The notes under the pieces: generated by a model
The model's input: the letters and a program-made list of their open reading frames with translations, nothing else
What the model was told of the DNA's origin: nothing
Database searches by the model: none
Shown here: positions 51,701 through 64,000 of the stretch, piece after piece
Position numbering within the stretch: the stretch's first letter is position 1
Layout of the letters: every line of letters begins with the position of its first letter
Position numbers and translations under genes: made by a program
Origin: Raillietiella orientalis
Taxonomy: Eukaryota
Length of the DNA stretch: 64,000 nt
Direction of reading: 5' to 3'
Assembly: GCA_036172245.1 (NCBI GenBank)
Contig: JAYWIR010000100.1
Coordinates: 62,001-126,000, forward strand

Positions 51701-54700
51701 TCCTCTTCTAGGAAAGACAGTGGTTACCATGAAAACAACACAGAGTACAAAGTGCCACGGCCTAATGAAATTTCGAACTTTTCTTAGTCATCCTCTGATA
51801 TCAGGAAATTGGAAGCCCGTGAGCCTCTCCTTGACGGGAATTTGCCACTCACTGCAAATAGATGCTTCGTGAAGAGGAGCAAAACTGCAATGGAGAAATC
51901 CCCTGATTTCGAATTGATTACAAAGCCTGAAAGGCAGCAAATTTCTATCACATCATGGATAACAGCGCACGAAAAGATTCCTCTTCCAGGTACGACAGTG
52001 ATTACCATGAAAACAACACAGACTCCAAAGTTCCAGGCCTTAATGATATTTCCGACTCTTCTTAATCATGCTCTGAAATCGGGAAATTGGTAGGCCTTGA
52101 GCCTCTCCATGACGCGAATTTGTCACTGACTGCAAATAGATGCTTCGTGAGGAGGAGCAAAACAGCAATGGTGAAATCCCCTTATTTCCGATTGATTACA
52201 AAACTTGAAAACTTGCAAATTTCTACCACATCATGACTCAGAGCGAAGTACAAGATTGCTCTTCTAGGTAGTCTATGTTGTTTTTATGGTAATCGGAGTC
52301 CAAATTGCCATGCTCTCATGAAATTTCGAACTCTTCATGATCAGGCTCTTAAATCAGGAAATTGGAACGCCTTGAGGCTTTCCATGACAAGAATTTGCCA
52401 CTCACCTCAAATGGATGCTTAGTGAAAAGGCGCAGAAGTGCTATAGTAAAATCCCCTGATTTCCAGTTGGTTACAAAACCTTAAAGTTTGCAAATTTTTA
52501 CCACATACTGAATTAGAGCGAAGGAAAAAATTCCTCTTCTAGGTACGACACTGGTTACTATGAAAACAACAGATAGACCAAAGTGCCACGCCCTAATCTA
52601 ATTTCGAACTCTTCTTAATCATCCTCTGAAATCAGGAAATTGGATGCCGTTGAGGCTCTTAATGACTGCAATTTGCGACTGAATGGAAATAGATGCTTCG
52701 CGAAGAGGTGCAAAACTGCAATGGAGAAATCCCCGGGTTTCGAATTGATTACAAAGCCTGAAAGGTTGCAAATTTCTACCACATCATGAATCAGAGCGAA
52801 CAAAAAGATTCCACTTTTAGGAAAAACAGTGGTTACTATGAAAACAACACAGAGACCAAAGTACCACCCCCTAATCTAATATCGAACACTTCAAAATCAT
52901 CCTCTGAAATCGAGAAATTGGAAGGCCGTGAGCCTCTCCATGACATGAATTTGCCACTCACTGCAAATAGATGCTTCGTGAAGAGGCGCAAAACTGCAAT
53001 GGAGAAATCCCCTGATTTCGAATTGATTCCAGAATTTGAAAAGTTTCAAATTACTACCATATAATGAATCAGAACGAAGTATAAGATTCCTCTTCTAGGA
53101 AGGACACTGTTTACCATGAAAACAACACAGAGACCAAAGTGCCACGCCCTATTCTAATTTCGAACTCTTCTTAATCATTCTCTTAAATCAGGAAATTGGA
53201 AGCCCTTGAGGATCTTCATGACGGCAATTTGCCCCTCACTGGAAATAGATGCTTCGCGAAGAGGTGCAAAACTGTAATGGAGAAATTACCGTGTTTCGAA
53301 TTGATTACAAAGCCTGTAAGGTAGCAAGTTTTAACACATCATGGATCAGAGCGAACGAAAATATTCCTCTTCTAGGAACGACAGTGGTTACCATGAAGTC
53401 AACACAGAGATCGAAGTACCACCCCCTAATCTAATTTCGAACTTCTCTTAGTCATCCTGTGATATCAGGAAATTGGAAGGCCGTGAGGCTCTTCATGACG
53501 GCAATTTGCCACTCACTGGAAATAGATGCTTCGCGAAGAGGTGCAAAACTGCAATGGAGAAATTCCCGGGTTTCGAATTGATTACAAAGCCTGTAAGGTA
53601 GCAAATTTTTACCACATCATGGATCAGAGGGAACGAAAATATTCCTTTTCTAGGAACGACAGTGGTTACCATTAAGACAACACAGAGACCAAAGTGCCAC
53701 CCCCTAATCTAATTTCGAACACTTCTTAATCATCCGCTGTAATTAGGAAATTGGAAGGCCTTGAGGCTTTCCATGACGGGAATTTGCCACTTACTGCAAA
53801 TGTATGCTTAGTGAAAAGGCGCAATAGTGCAACAGTAATATCCTCTGATTTCCAATTGATTACAAAGCCGTAAAGGTTTCAAATTTTTACCACATCATGA
53901 ATCAGAGCGAAGGAAAAGATTACTTTTCTAGGTACGACACTGGTTACCATGATAACAACACAGAGCACAAAGTGCCACGGCCTATTCAAATGTCGAACTC
54001 TTCTTAATCATGCTCTGAAATGGGGAAATTGGTAGGCCTTGAGCCTCTCCATAACAAGAATTTGCCACTCACTGCAAATAGATGCTTCGTGAAGAGGAGC
54101 AAAACTGCAATGGAGAAATCCCCGGGTTTCGAATTGATTACACAGCCTGTAAGGTAGCAAATTTTTACCACTCTATGGATCAGAGCGAACGAAAATATTC
54201 CTCTTCTTGGAACGACAGTGGTTACCATTAAGACAACACAGAGACCAAAGTACCACCCCCTAATCAAATTTCGAACACTTCTCAATCATCCTCTGAAATC
54301 AGGAAATTGGAAGTCCGTGAGCCTCTCCATGACATGAATTTGCCACTCACTGCAAATAGATGCTTCTTGAAAAGGAGCAAAACTGCAATGGTGAAATTCC
54401 CTGATTTCGAATTGTTTACAAAACTTGAAAAGTTGCAAATTACTACCATATAATGAAACAGAACGAAGTATAACATTCCTCTTCCAGGTAGGACACTGTT
54501 TACCATGAAAACAACACAGAGACCAAAGTGCCACGCCCTAATCTAATTTCGAACTCTTCTTACTCATCCTCTGAAATCAGGAAATTGGAAGCCCTTGAGG
54601 CTCTTTATGACGGCGATTTGCCACTCACTGGAAATAGATGCTTCGCTAAGAGGTGCAAAACTGCAATGGAGAAATCCCCGGGTTTCGAATGGATTACAAA

Positions 54701-57700
54701 GCCTGTAAGGTAGCAAATTTTTACCACTTCATGGATCAGAGCGAACGAAAATATTCCTCTTCTTGGAACGACAGTGGTTACCATCAAGACAACACAGAGA
54801 CCAAAGTTCCACCCCCTAAACTAATTTCGAACTCTTCTTAATCATCCGCTGTAATCAGGAAATTGGAAGGCCTTGAGGCTTTCCATGACGGAAATTTGCC
54901 ACTCACTGCAAATGTATGCTTAGTGAAAAGGCGCAAAAGTGCTATAGGAAAATCCCCTGATTTCCAATTGGTTACAAACCCTGAAAGTTTGCACATTTTT
55001 ACCACATATTGAATTAGAGCGAAGGGAAAAATTCCTCTTCTTGGAACGACAGTGGTTACCATGAAAACAACACAGAGACCAAAGTGCCACGCCCTAACCT
55101 AGTTTCGAACTTTTCTTAGTCATCCTCTGAAATCAGGAAATAGGAAGGCCGTGAGCCTCTCCATGACGGGAATTTGCCACTCACTGCAAATGTGTGCTTA
55201 ATGAAAAGGCGCAAAAGTGCAATAGTAAAATCCACTCATTTCCAATTGGTTAAAAAACCTTAAAGTTTGCAAATTTTTACCACATACTGAATTAGAGCGA
55301 AGGAAAAAATTCCTCTTCTAGGTACGACACTGGTTACTATGAAAACAACAGATAGACCAAAGTGACACGCCCTAATCTAATTTCGAACTCTTCTTAATCA
55401 TACTCTGAAATCAGGAAATTGCATGCCCTAGAGGCTCTTAATAACTGCAATTCGCCACTCAATGGAAATAGATGCTTCGCGAAGAGGTGCAAAACTGCAA
55501 TGGAGAAACCCCGGGTTTCGAATTGTTTACAAAGCACGTAAGGTAGCAAACTTCTAAAACATCATGGATAACAACGATCGAAAAGATTCCTCTTCTAGGT
55601 ACGACAGTGATTACCATGAGAACCACACAGACTCCAAAGTTCCACGCCCTAATGAAATTTCGATATCTTCGTAATCATCCTCTGAAATCGGGAAATTGGT
55701 AGGCCTTGAGCCTCTCCATGACGGGAATTTCCCACTCACTGCAAATGTATGCTTACTGAAAAGGCGCAAAAGTGCAATAGTAAAATCCCCTCATTTCCAA
55801 TTGGTTACAAACCCTGGAAGGTTGCAAATTTTTACCACATACTGAATTAGAGCGAAAGAAAAAATTCCTCTTCTAGTTACGACACTGCTTACCATGAAAA
55901 CAACACAGAGACAAAAGTGCCACGCCCCAACCTATTTTCGAACACTCCATAATCATGTTCTGAAATCAGGAAATTGGAAGGCCTTGAGCCTCTCCATGAC
56001 GAGAATTTGCCACTCACTGGAAATAGATGCATCGTGAAGACGAGCAAAACTGCAATAATGAAATTCCCTGATTTCGAATTGATTACAAAGCCTGAAAGGT
56101 TGCAAATTTCTACTACATCATGAATCAGAGCGAACAAAAAGATTCCCCTTCTTGGAAGAACAGTGGTTACTATAAAAACAACACAGAGACCAAAGCACCA
56201 CCCTCTAATCTATTTTATAACACTTCTTAATCATCCGCTGAAATCAGCAAATTGGAAGGGCTTGAGGCTTTCCATGACGGATATTTGGCACTCACTGCAA
56301 ACCTATGCTTAGTGAAAAGGCGCAGAAGTGCTTTAGTAAAATCCCCTGATTTCCAGTTGGTTACAAAACCTTAAAGTTTGCAAATTTTCACCACATACTG
56401 AATTAGAGCGAAGGAAAAAATTCCTCTTCTTGGTACGACACTGGTTACTATGAAAACAACAGAGAGCCCAAAGTGCCACGCCCTAATCTAATTTCGAACT
56501 CTTCTTAATCATGCTCTGAAATGGGGAAATTGGTAGGCCTTGAGCCTCTCCATGACGGGAATTTGCCACTCACTGCAAATGTATGCTTAGCGAAAAGCAG
56601 CAAAAGTGCAATAGTAAAATCCCCTGATTTCCAATTTATTCCAAGCCTGTAAGGTTGCAAATTTTTACCACATCTTGAATCAGAGCGAAGTATAAGATTC
56701 CTCTTCTAGGTACGACACTGCTTACCATGAAAACAACACAGAGACCAAAGTGCCACGCCCTAACCAATTTTCGACCTCTTCTTAGTCATCCTCTGAAATC
56801 AGGAAATTGGAAGGCCGTGAGCCTCTCCATAACATGAATTTGCCACTCACTGCAAATAGATGCTTCGTGAAGAGGAGCAAAACTGCAATGGTGAAATTCC
56901 CTGATTTCGAATTGATTACAAAACTTGAAAAGTTGCAAATTACTACCATATAATGAATCAGAACGAAGTATAAGATTCCACATCCAGGTAGGACACTGTT
57001 TACCATGAAAACAACACAGAGACCAAAGTGCTACGCCCTAATCTAATTTCGAACTCTTCTTAATCATCCTCTTAAATCAGGAAATTAAAAGCCCTTGAGG
57101 CTCTTCATTACGGCAATTTGCCACTCACTGGAAATAGATGCTTCGCGAAGAGGTGCAAAACTGCAATGGAGAAATCCTTGGGTTTGGAATTGATTACAAA
57201 GCCTGCAAGGTAGCAAATTTTTACCACATCATGGATCAGAGCGAACGAAAATATTCCTCTTCTAGGAACGACAGTGGTTACCATGAAGTCAACACAGAGA
57301 TCAAAGTACCACCCCCAAATCTAATTTCGAACACTTTTTAATCAGGCTCTTAAATCAGGAAATTGGAAAGCCTTGAGGCTTTCCATGACGGAAATTTGCC
57401 ACTCACTCCAAATGTATGCTTAGTGAAAAGGCGCAAAACTGCTATAGTAAAATCCCCTGATTTCCAATTGGTTGCAAACCCTGAAGGTTTGCAAATTTTT
57501 ACCACATACTGAATTAGAGCGAAGGAAAAAATTCTCTTCTAGGTACGACACTGGTTACTATGAAATCAACAGATAGACCAAAGTGCCACGCCCTAATCTA
57601 ATTTCGAACACTTCATAATCATCCTCTGAACTCGGGAAATTGGAATGCCTTGAGTCTCTTCATGACGGGAATTTCCCACTTACTGCAAATGGATGCTTAC

Positions 57701-60700
57701 TGAAAAGGCGCAACTGTGCAACAGTAATATCCCCTGATATTTAGTTGATTACAAAGCATGAAAGGATGCAAATTTCTACTACATCATGAATGAGAGCGAA
57801 GTATAAGATTCCTCTTCTAGGTACGACACTGCTTACCATGAAAACAACACTGAGACCAAAGTGCCACGCCCCAACCTAATTTCGAACTCTTCTTAGTCAT
57901 CCTCTGAAATCAGGAAATTGGGAGGCCGTGAGACTCTCCATGACATGAATTTGCCACTCACTGCAAATAGATGCTTCGTGAAGAGGAGCAAAACTGCAAT
58001 GGTGAAACTCCCTGATTTCGAATTGATTACAAAACTTGAAAAGTTGCAAATAACTACCATATAATGAATCAGAACGAAGTATAAGATTCCTCTTCTAGGT
58101 AGGACACTGTTGACCATGAAAAGAACACAGAGACCAAAGTGCCACGCTTTAATCTAATTTCGAACACTTCTTAATCATCCTCTGAAATCAGGAAATTGAA
58201 AGCCCTTGAGGCTCTTCATGACGGCAATTTGCCACTCACTGGAAATAGATGCTTCGCGAAGAGCTGCAAAACTGCAATGGAGAAATCCCCGGGTTTCGAT
58301 TTGATTACAAAGCCTGTAAGGTAGCAAATTTTTACCACATCATGGATCAGAGCGAACGAAAATATTCCTCTTCTAGGAACGACAGTGGTTACCATTAAGA
58401 CAACACAGAGACCAAAGTGCCACCCCCTAATCTAATTTCGAACACTTCTTAATCATCCGCTGTAATCAGGAAATTGGAAGGCCTTGAGGCTTTCCATGAC
58501 GGAAATTTGCTACTCACTGCAAATGTATGCTTAGTGAAAAGGCGCAAAAGTGCTATAGTAAAATCCCCTGATTTCCAATTGGTTACAAACCCTGAAAGTT
58601 TGCAAGTTTTTACCACATACTGAATTAGAGCGAAGGAAAAAATTCCTCTTCTAGGTACGACACTGGTTACTATGAAAACAACACAGACCACAAAGTGCCA
58701 CGGCCTATTCAAATTTCGAACTCTTCTTAATCATGCTCTGAAATCGGGAAATTGGAAGTCCTTGAGCCTCTCCATGACGGGAATTTGCCACTCACTGCAA
58801 ATGTATGCTTAGCGAAAAGCAGCAAAAGTGCAATAGTAAAATCCCCTGATTTCCAATTTATTGATGCCTGTAAGGTTGCAAATTCTTATCACATCTTGAA
58901 TCAGAGCGAAGTATAAGATTCCTCTTCTAGGTACGACACTGCTTACCATGAAAACGACACAGAGACCAAAGTGCCACGCCCTAACCAATTTTCGACCTCT
59001 TCTTAGTCAACCTCTGAAATCAGGAAATTGGAAGGTTGTGAACCTCTCCATGACATGAATTTGCCACTCACTGCAAATAGATGCTTCGTGAAGAGGAGCA
59101 AAACTGCAATGGTGAGATTCCCTGATTTCGAATTGATTACAAAACTTGAAAAGTTGCAAATTACTACCATATAATGAATCAGAACGAAGTATAAGATTCC
59201 TCTTCCAGGTAGGACACTGTTTACCATGAAAACAACATAGAGACCAAAGTGCCACGCCCTAATCTAATTTCGAACTCTTCTTAATCATTCTCTGAAATGA
59301 AAAAATTGGAAGCCCTTGAGGCTCTTCATGACGGCGATTTGCCACTCAATGGAAATAGATGCTTCGCGAAGAGGTGCAAAACTGCAATGGAGAAATCCCC
59401 TGATTTCGAATTGATTACAAAGCCTGAAAGGTTGCAAATTTCTACCACATCATGAATCAGAGCGAAGGAAAAGATTCCTCTTCTAGGAACGACAGTGGTG
59501 ACCATGAAAACAACACAGAGTACAAAGTGCAACGGCCTAATGAAATTTCGAACTCTTCATAATCAGGCTCTTAAATCAGGAAATTGGAAAGCCTTGAAAC
59601 TTTCCATGACGGAAATTTGCTACTAACTGCAAATGGATGCTTAGTGAAAAGGCGCAAAAGTACAAAAGTAAAATCCCCTGATTTCTAATTGGTTACAAAC
59701 CCTGAAAGGTTGAAAATTTTTACCACATACTGAATTAGAGCGAAGGAAAAAATTCTCTTCTAGGTACGACACTGGTTACTATGAAAACAACAGATAGACC
59801 AAAGTGCCACGCCCTAATCTAATTTCGAACACTTCATAATCATCCTCTGAACTCGAAATATTGGAATGCCTTGAGTCTCTTCATGACGGGAGTTTGCCAC
59901 TTACTGCAAATGTATGCTTAGTGAAAAGGCGCAATAGTGAAACAGTAATATCCTCTCATTTCCAATTGATTACAAAGCCGGAAAGGCTGCAAATTTTTAC
60001 CACATCCTGAATCAGAGCGAAGGAAAAGATTACTTTTCTAGGTTCGACACTGGTTACCATGAAAACAACACAGAGTACAAAGTGCCACGGCCTATTGAAA
60101 TTTCGAACACTTCTTAATCATGCTCTGAAATCGGGAAATTGGTAGGCCTTGAGCCTCTCCATGACGGGAATTTGCCACTCACTGCAAATGTTTGCTTAGT
60201 GAAAAGGCGCAAAAGTGCTATAGTAAAATCCCCTGATTTCCAATTGGTTACAAACCCTGAAAGTTTGCAAATTTTTACCACATACTGAATTAGAGCGAAG
60301 GAAAAAATTCCTCTTCTACGTACGACACTGGTTACTATGAAAACAACAGATAGACCAAAGTGCCACGCCCTAATCTAATTTCGAACACTTCATAATCATC
60401 CTCTGAAATCGGGAAATTGGTAGGCCTTGAGTCTCTTCATGACGGGAATTTGCCACTTACTGCAAATGGATGCTTAGTGAAAAGGCGCAATAGTGCAACA
60501 GAAATATCCTCTGATTTCCAATTGATTAGAAAGCCGGAAAGCATGCAAATTTCTACCACATCATGTATCAGAGCGAAGGAAAAGATTACTTTTCTAGGTA
60601 CGACACTGGTTACCATGAAAACAACACAGAGCACAAAGTGCCACGGCCTATTCAAATTTCGAACTCTTCTTAATCATGCTCTGAAATGGGGAAATTGGTA

Positions 60701-61780
60701 GGCCTTGAGCCTCTCCATGACGGGAATTTGTAACTCACTGCAAATGTATGCTTAGCGAAAATCAGCAAAAGTGCAATAGTAAAATCCCCTGATTTCCAAT
60801 TTATTACAAAGCCTGTAAGGTTGCAAATTTTTACCACATCTTGAATCAGAGCGAAGTTTAAGATTCCTTTTCTAGGTACGACACTGCTTACCATGAAAAC
60901 GACACAGAGACCAAAGTGCCACGCCCTAACCTATTTTCGACCTCTTTTTAGTCATCCTCTGAAATCAGGAAATTGGAAGGCCGTGAGCCTCTCCATGACA
61001 TGAATTTGCCACTCACTGCAAATGGATGCTTCGTGAAGAGGAGAAAAACTGCAATGGAGAAATTCCCTGATTTCGAATTGATTACAAAACCTGAAAAGTT
61101 GCCAATTACTACCATATAATGAATCAGAACGAAGTATAAGATTCCTCTTCTAAGTACGACACTGTTTACCATAAAAACAACACAGAGACCAAAGTGCCAC
61201 GCCCTAACCTATTTTCGACCTCTTCTTAGTCATCCTCTGGAATCAGGAAATTGGAAGGCCGTGAGCCTCTCCATAACATGAATTTGCCGCTCACTGCAAA
61301 TTGATGCATCGTTAAGAGGAGCAAAACTGCAATGGTGAAATCCCCTGATTTCGAATTGATTACAAAGGCTGTAAGGTAGCAAATTTTTACCACATCATGG
61401 ATCAGAGCGAACGAAAATATTCCTCTTCTAGGAACGATAGTGGTTACCATGAAGACAACACAGAGACCAAAGCACCACCCCCTAATCTAATTTCGAACTC
61501 TTCTTAATCATCCGCTGTAATCAGGAAATTTGAAGGCCTTGAGGCTTTCCATGATGGTAATCTGACACCCACTGCAAATGTATGCTTAGTGAAGAGGCGC
61601 AAAAGTGCTTTAGTAAAATCCCTTGAGTTCCAATTGGTTACAAACCATGAAAGTTTGCAAATTTTTACCACATCTTGTATTAAAGCGAAGTATAAGATTC
61701 CTCTTCTAGGTACGACACTGCTTACCATGAAAACAACACAGAGACCAAAGTGTCACGCCCTAATCTAATTTCGAACTCTT
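48780..61780. repeat. HOR domain IV: degenerate A-B-C-D(-E) order related to domain I, mixed with more divergent monomers at ~50.9-56.5 kb
   Basis: A, B, C, D and E diagnostics reappear, for example A 50118, B 50396, C 50674 and E 56507, A 56785, B 57062, C 57340, D 57617. ORFs 60417-60701 and 60670-60894 translate identically to 3517-3801 and 3770-3994. Confidence 0.75.
51170..52090. repeat. Local dimer-scale duplication (556-bp period)
   Basis: ORFs 51228/51784 are offset by 556. Both share CTCTGATATCAGG, CTCTCCTTGACGGG, TCTATCACATCATGGATAACAGC and GTTCCAGGCC. Confidence 0.75.
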
Positions 61781-64000
61781 CGTAATCATCCACTGAAATT
61801 GGGAAATTGGAAGGCCTTGAGTCTCTTCATGACGGGAATTTGCAACTTACTGCAAATGGATGCTTAGTGAAAAGGCGCAATAGTGCAACAGTAATATCCT
61901 CTGATTTCCAATTGATTTCAAAGCCGGAAAGGTTGCAAATTTTTACCACATCATGAATGAGAGCGAAGGAAAAGATTCCTTTTCTAGGTACGACACTGGT
62001 TACCATGAAAACAACAAAGAGTAAAAAGTGCCACAGCCTAATGAAATTTCGAACTCTTCTTAATCATGCTCTCAAATCAGGAAATAGGAAGGCCTTGAGC
62101 CTCTCCATGACGAGAATTTGTCACTGACTGCAAATAGATGCTTCCAGAGGAGGAGCAAAACAGCAATGGTGAAATCCCCTCCTTTCGAAATGATTACAAA
62201 GCCTGAAAGGTTGCAAATTTCTACCACATCATGAATCAGAGCGAACGAAAAGATTCCTCTTCTAGGTACGACAGTGGTTACCGTGAAAACAACAGATAGA
62301 CCAAAGTGCCACGCCCAAATCTAATCTCGAACACTTCATAATCATCCTCTGAAATCGGGAAATTGGAAGTCCTTGAGTCTCTTCATGACGGGAATTTGCA
62401 ACTTACTGCAAATGGATGCTTAGTGAAAAGGCGCAATAGTGCAGCAGTAATATCCTCTGATTTCCAATTGATTACAAAGCCGGAAAGGTTGCAAATTTTT
62501 ACCACATCATGAATGAGAGCGAAGGAAAAGATTCCTTTTCTAGGTACGACACTGGTTACCATGAAAACAACAAAGAGTAAAAAGTGCCACGGCCGAATGA
62601 ACTCTCGAATTCTTCGTAATCATGCTCTGAAATCAGAAAATTGGAAGGCCTTGAGCCTCTCCATGACGCGAATTTGTCACTGACTGCAAATAGATGCTTC
62701 CAGAGGAGGAGCAAAACAGCAATGGTGAAATCCCCTTATTTCCGATTGTTTACAAAACTTGAAAACTTGCAAATTTCTACCACATCATGACTCAGAGCGA
62801 AGTACAAGATTGCTCTTCTAGGTAGTCTATGTTGTTTTTTTGGTAATCAGAGTCCAAAGTGCCATGCTGTCATGAAATTTCGAACTCTTCATATTCAGTC
62901 TCTTAAATCAGGAAATTGGAATGCCTTGAGGCTTTCCATGACGGGAATTTGCCACTCACTGCAAATGGATGCTTAGTGAAAAGGCGCGAAACTGCAATAG
63001 AAAAATCCCCTGATTTCCAATTGATTACAAAGACCGAAAAGATGCAAATTTCTACCACATCATGAATCAGAGCGAAGGAAAAGATTCTTCTTCTAGATAC
63101 GACACTGCTTACCATGAAAACAACACAGATACCAAAGTGCCACGCCCTAACCTTATTTCGAACACTTCTTAGTCATCCTCTGAAATCAGGAAATTGGAAA
63201 GCCGTGAGCCTCTCCATGACGGGAATTTGGCACTTACTGCAAATGGATGCTTACTGAAAAGGCGCAATATTGCAACAGTAATATCCCCTGATTTCCAATT
63301 GATTACAAAGCCTGAAAGGATGCAAATTTCTGCCACATCATGAATGAGAGCGAAGTATCTGATTCCTCTTCTAGGTACGACACTGCTTACCATGAAATTA
63401 ACACAGTGACCAAAGTGCCACGCCCTAACCTAATTTCGAACCCTTCTTAGTCATCCTCTGAAATCAGTAGATTGGAAGGCCGTGAGCCTCTCCATGAAGG
63501 GAATTTGCCATTCACTGCAAATGTAAGCTTACTGAAAAGGCGCAAAAGTGCAATAGTAAAATCCCCTCATTTCCAATTGGTTACAAACCCTGAAAGGTTG
63601 CAAATTTTTACCACATACTGAATTAGAGCGAAGGAAAGAATTCCTCTTCTAGGTACGACACCGGTTACTATGAAAACAACAGATAGACTAAGGTGCCACG
63701 GCCTAATCTAATTTCGAACACTTCATAATCATCCTCTGAAATCGGGAAATTGGAAGGCCTTGAGTCTCTTCATGACGGGAATTTGCAACTTACTGCAAAT
63801 GGATGATTAGTGAAAAGGCGCAATAGTGCAACAGTAATATCCTCTGATTTCCAATTGATTACAAAGCCGGAAAGGTTGCAAATTTTTACCACATGATGAA
63901 TGAGAGCGTAGGAAAAGATTCCTTTTCTAGGTATGACACTGGTTACCATGAAAACAACAAAGAGTAAGAAGTGCCACGGCCTAATGAAATTTCCAACTCT
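61780..64000. repeat. Domain III-like monomers at the end of the window
   Basis: 62170-63200 matches 38300-39330 (ORFs 62903/39033; CTTTCGAAATGATTAC, GAACTCTCGAA, inversion monomer). 63300-64000 resembles 34440-35110. Confidence 0.75.

Larger units (their letters stand above)
1..64000. repeat. Tandem satellite DNA array, 278-bp monomer, about 230 head-to-tail copies in one orientation (candidate centromeric/pericentromeric satellite)
   Basis: The motif string TCATCCTCTGAAATCAGGAAATTGGAAGGCC...GAATTTGCCACTCACTGCAAAT...AAATCCCCTGATTT...CCTCTTCTAGG...CCATGAAAACAACACAGAGACCAAAGTGCCAC...ATTTCGAAC recurs across the window. Equivalent minus-strand ORFs lie at 22078, 22356, 22634, 22912 and 23190, exactly 278 bp apart. 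No unique sequence was seen anywhere. Confidence 0.99.

Noticed and set aside
447..63393. Recurrent ~74-aa minus-strand ORF (MVSSVVPRRGI...ISEDD) as a tandem gene family
   Set aside because: It simply tracks the monomer and is broken by stops or frameshifts in many copies. 278 is not a multiple of 3, no ORF exceeds 132 aa, and I recognise no domain. Transcription cannot be excluded from sequence alone.
1..64000. CRISPR-like or repeat-spacer array
   Set aside because: There are no unique spacers, since the whole 278 bp is homologous between units, and no cas or other genes are present.
1..64000. 5S rDNA, spliced-leader or snRNA tandem gene cluster
   Set aside because: I recognise no conserved RNA gene sequence, and variation is spread across the monomer rather than split into a conserved gene and a variable spacer. 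An Rfam search would be decisive.
1..64000. Transposon insertion or large-scale strand switch
   Set aside because: No non-satellite sequence was seen and all monomers share one orientation. The only inversion found is the 29-bp one.
1..64000. Assignment to a named satellite family or species
   Set aside because: I do not recognise the monomer with confidence, so a database search is needed.

Overview
The whole 64 kb window is one uninterrupted, single-orientation tandem satellite array of about 230 copies of a 278-bp monomer. One monomer counted by hand is about 43% GC, and CpG/TTCGAA sites are retained. I find no credible genes, RNA genes, transposons or CRISPR arrays. The recurring 60-130 aa ORFs are by-products of the monomer. 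The array is internally structured like eukaryotic (peri)centromeric satellite: distinct monomer variants form higher-order repeats (HORs) in layered domains. Domain I (1-12.9 kb) is a 4-mer, occasionally 5-mer. Domain II (13.2-37.6 kb) is a homogeneous 8-13-mer. Domain III (37.6-48.8 kb) has a 5-mer nested in a 5823-bp (21-monomer) duplication. Domain IV (48.8-61.8 kb) is related to domain I, and the last 2.2 kb resembles domain III. The most notable details are a 29-bp micro-inversion between two GTAC palindromes found in 10 monomers, an apparent ~100-bp conversion tract, an ancient ~140-bp dimeric substructure, and long-range shared variant blocks. Centromere function and the source organism cannot be established from the sequence. 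All comparisons were made by eye and domain boundaries are approximate.
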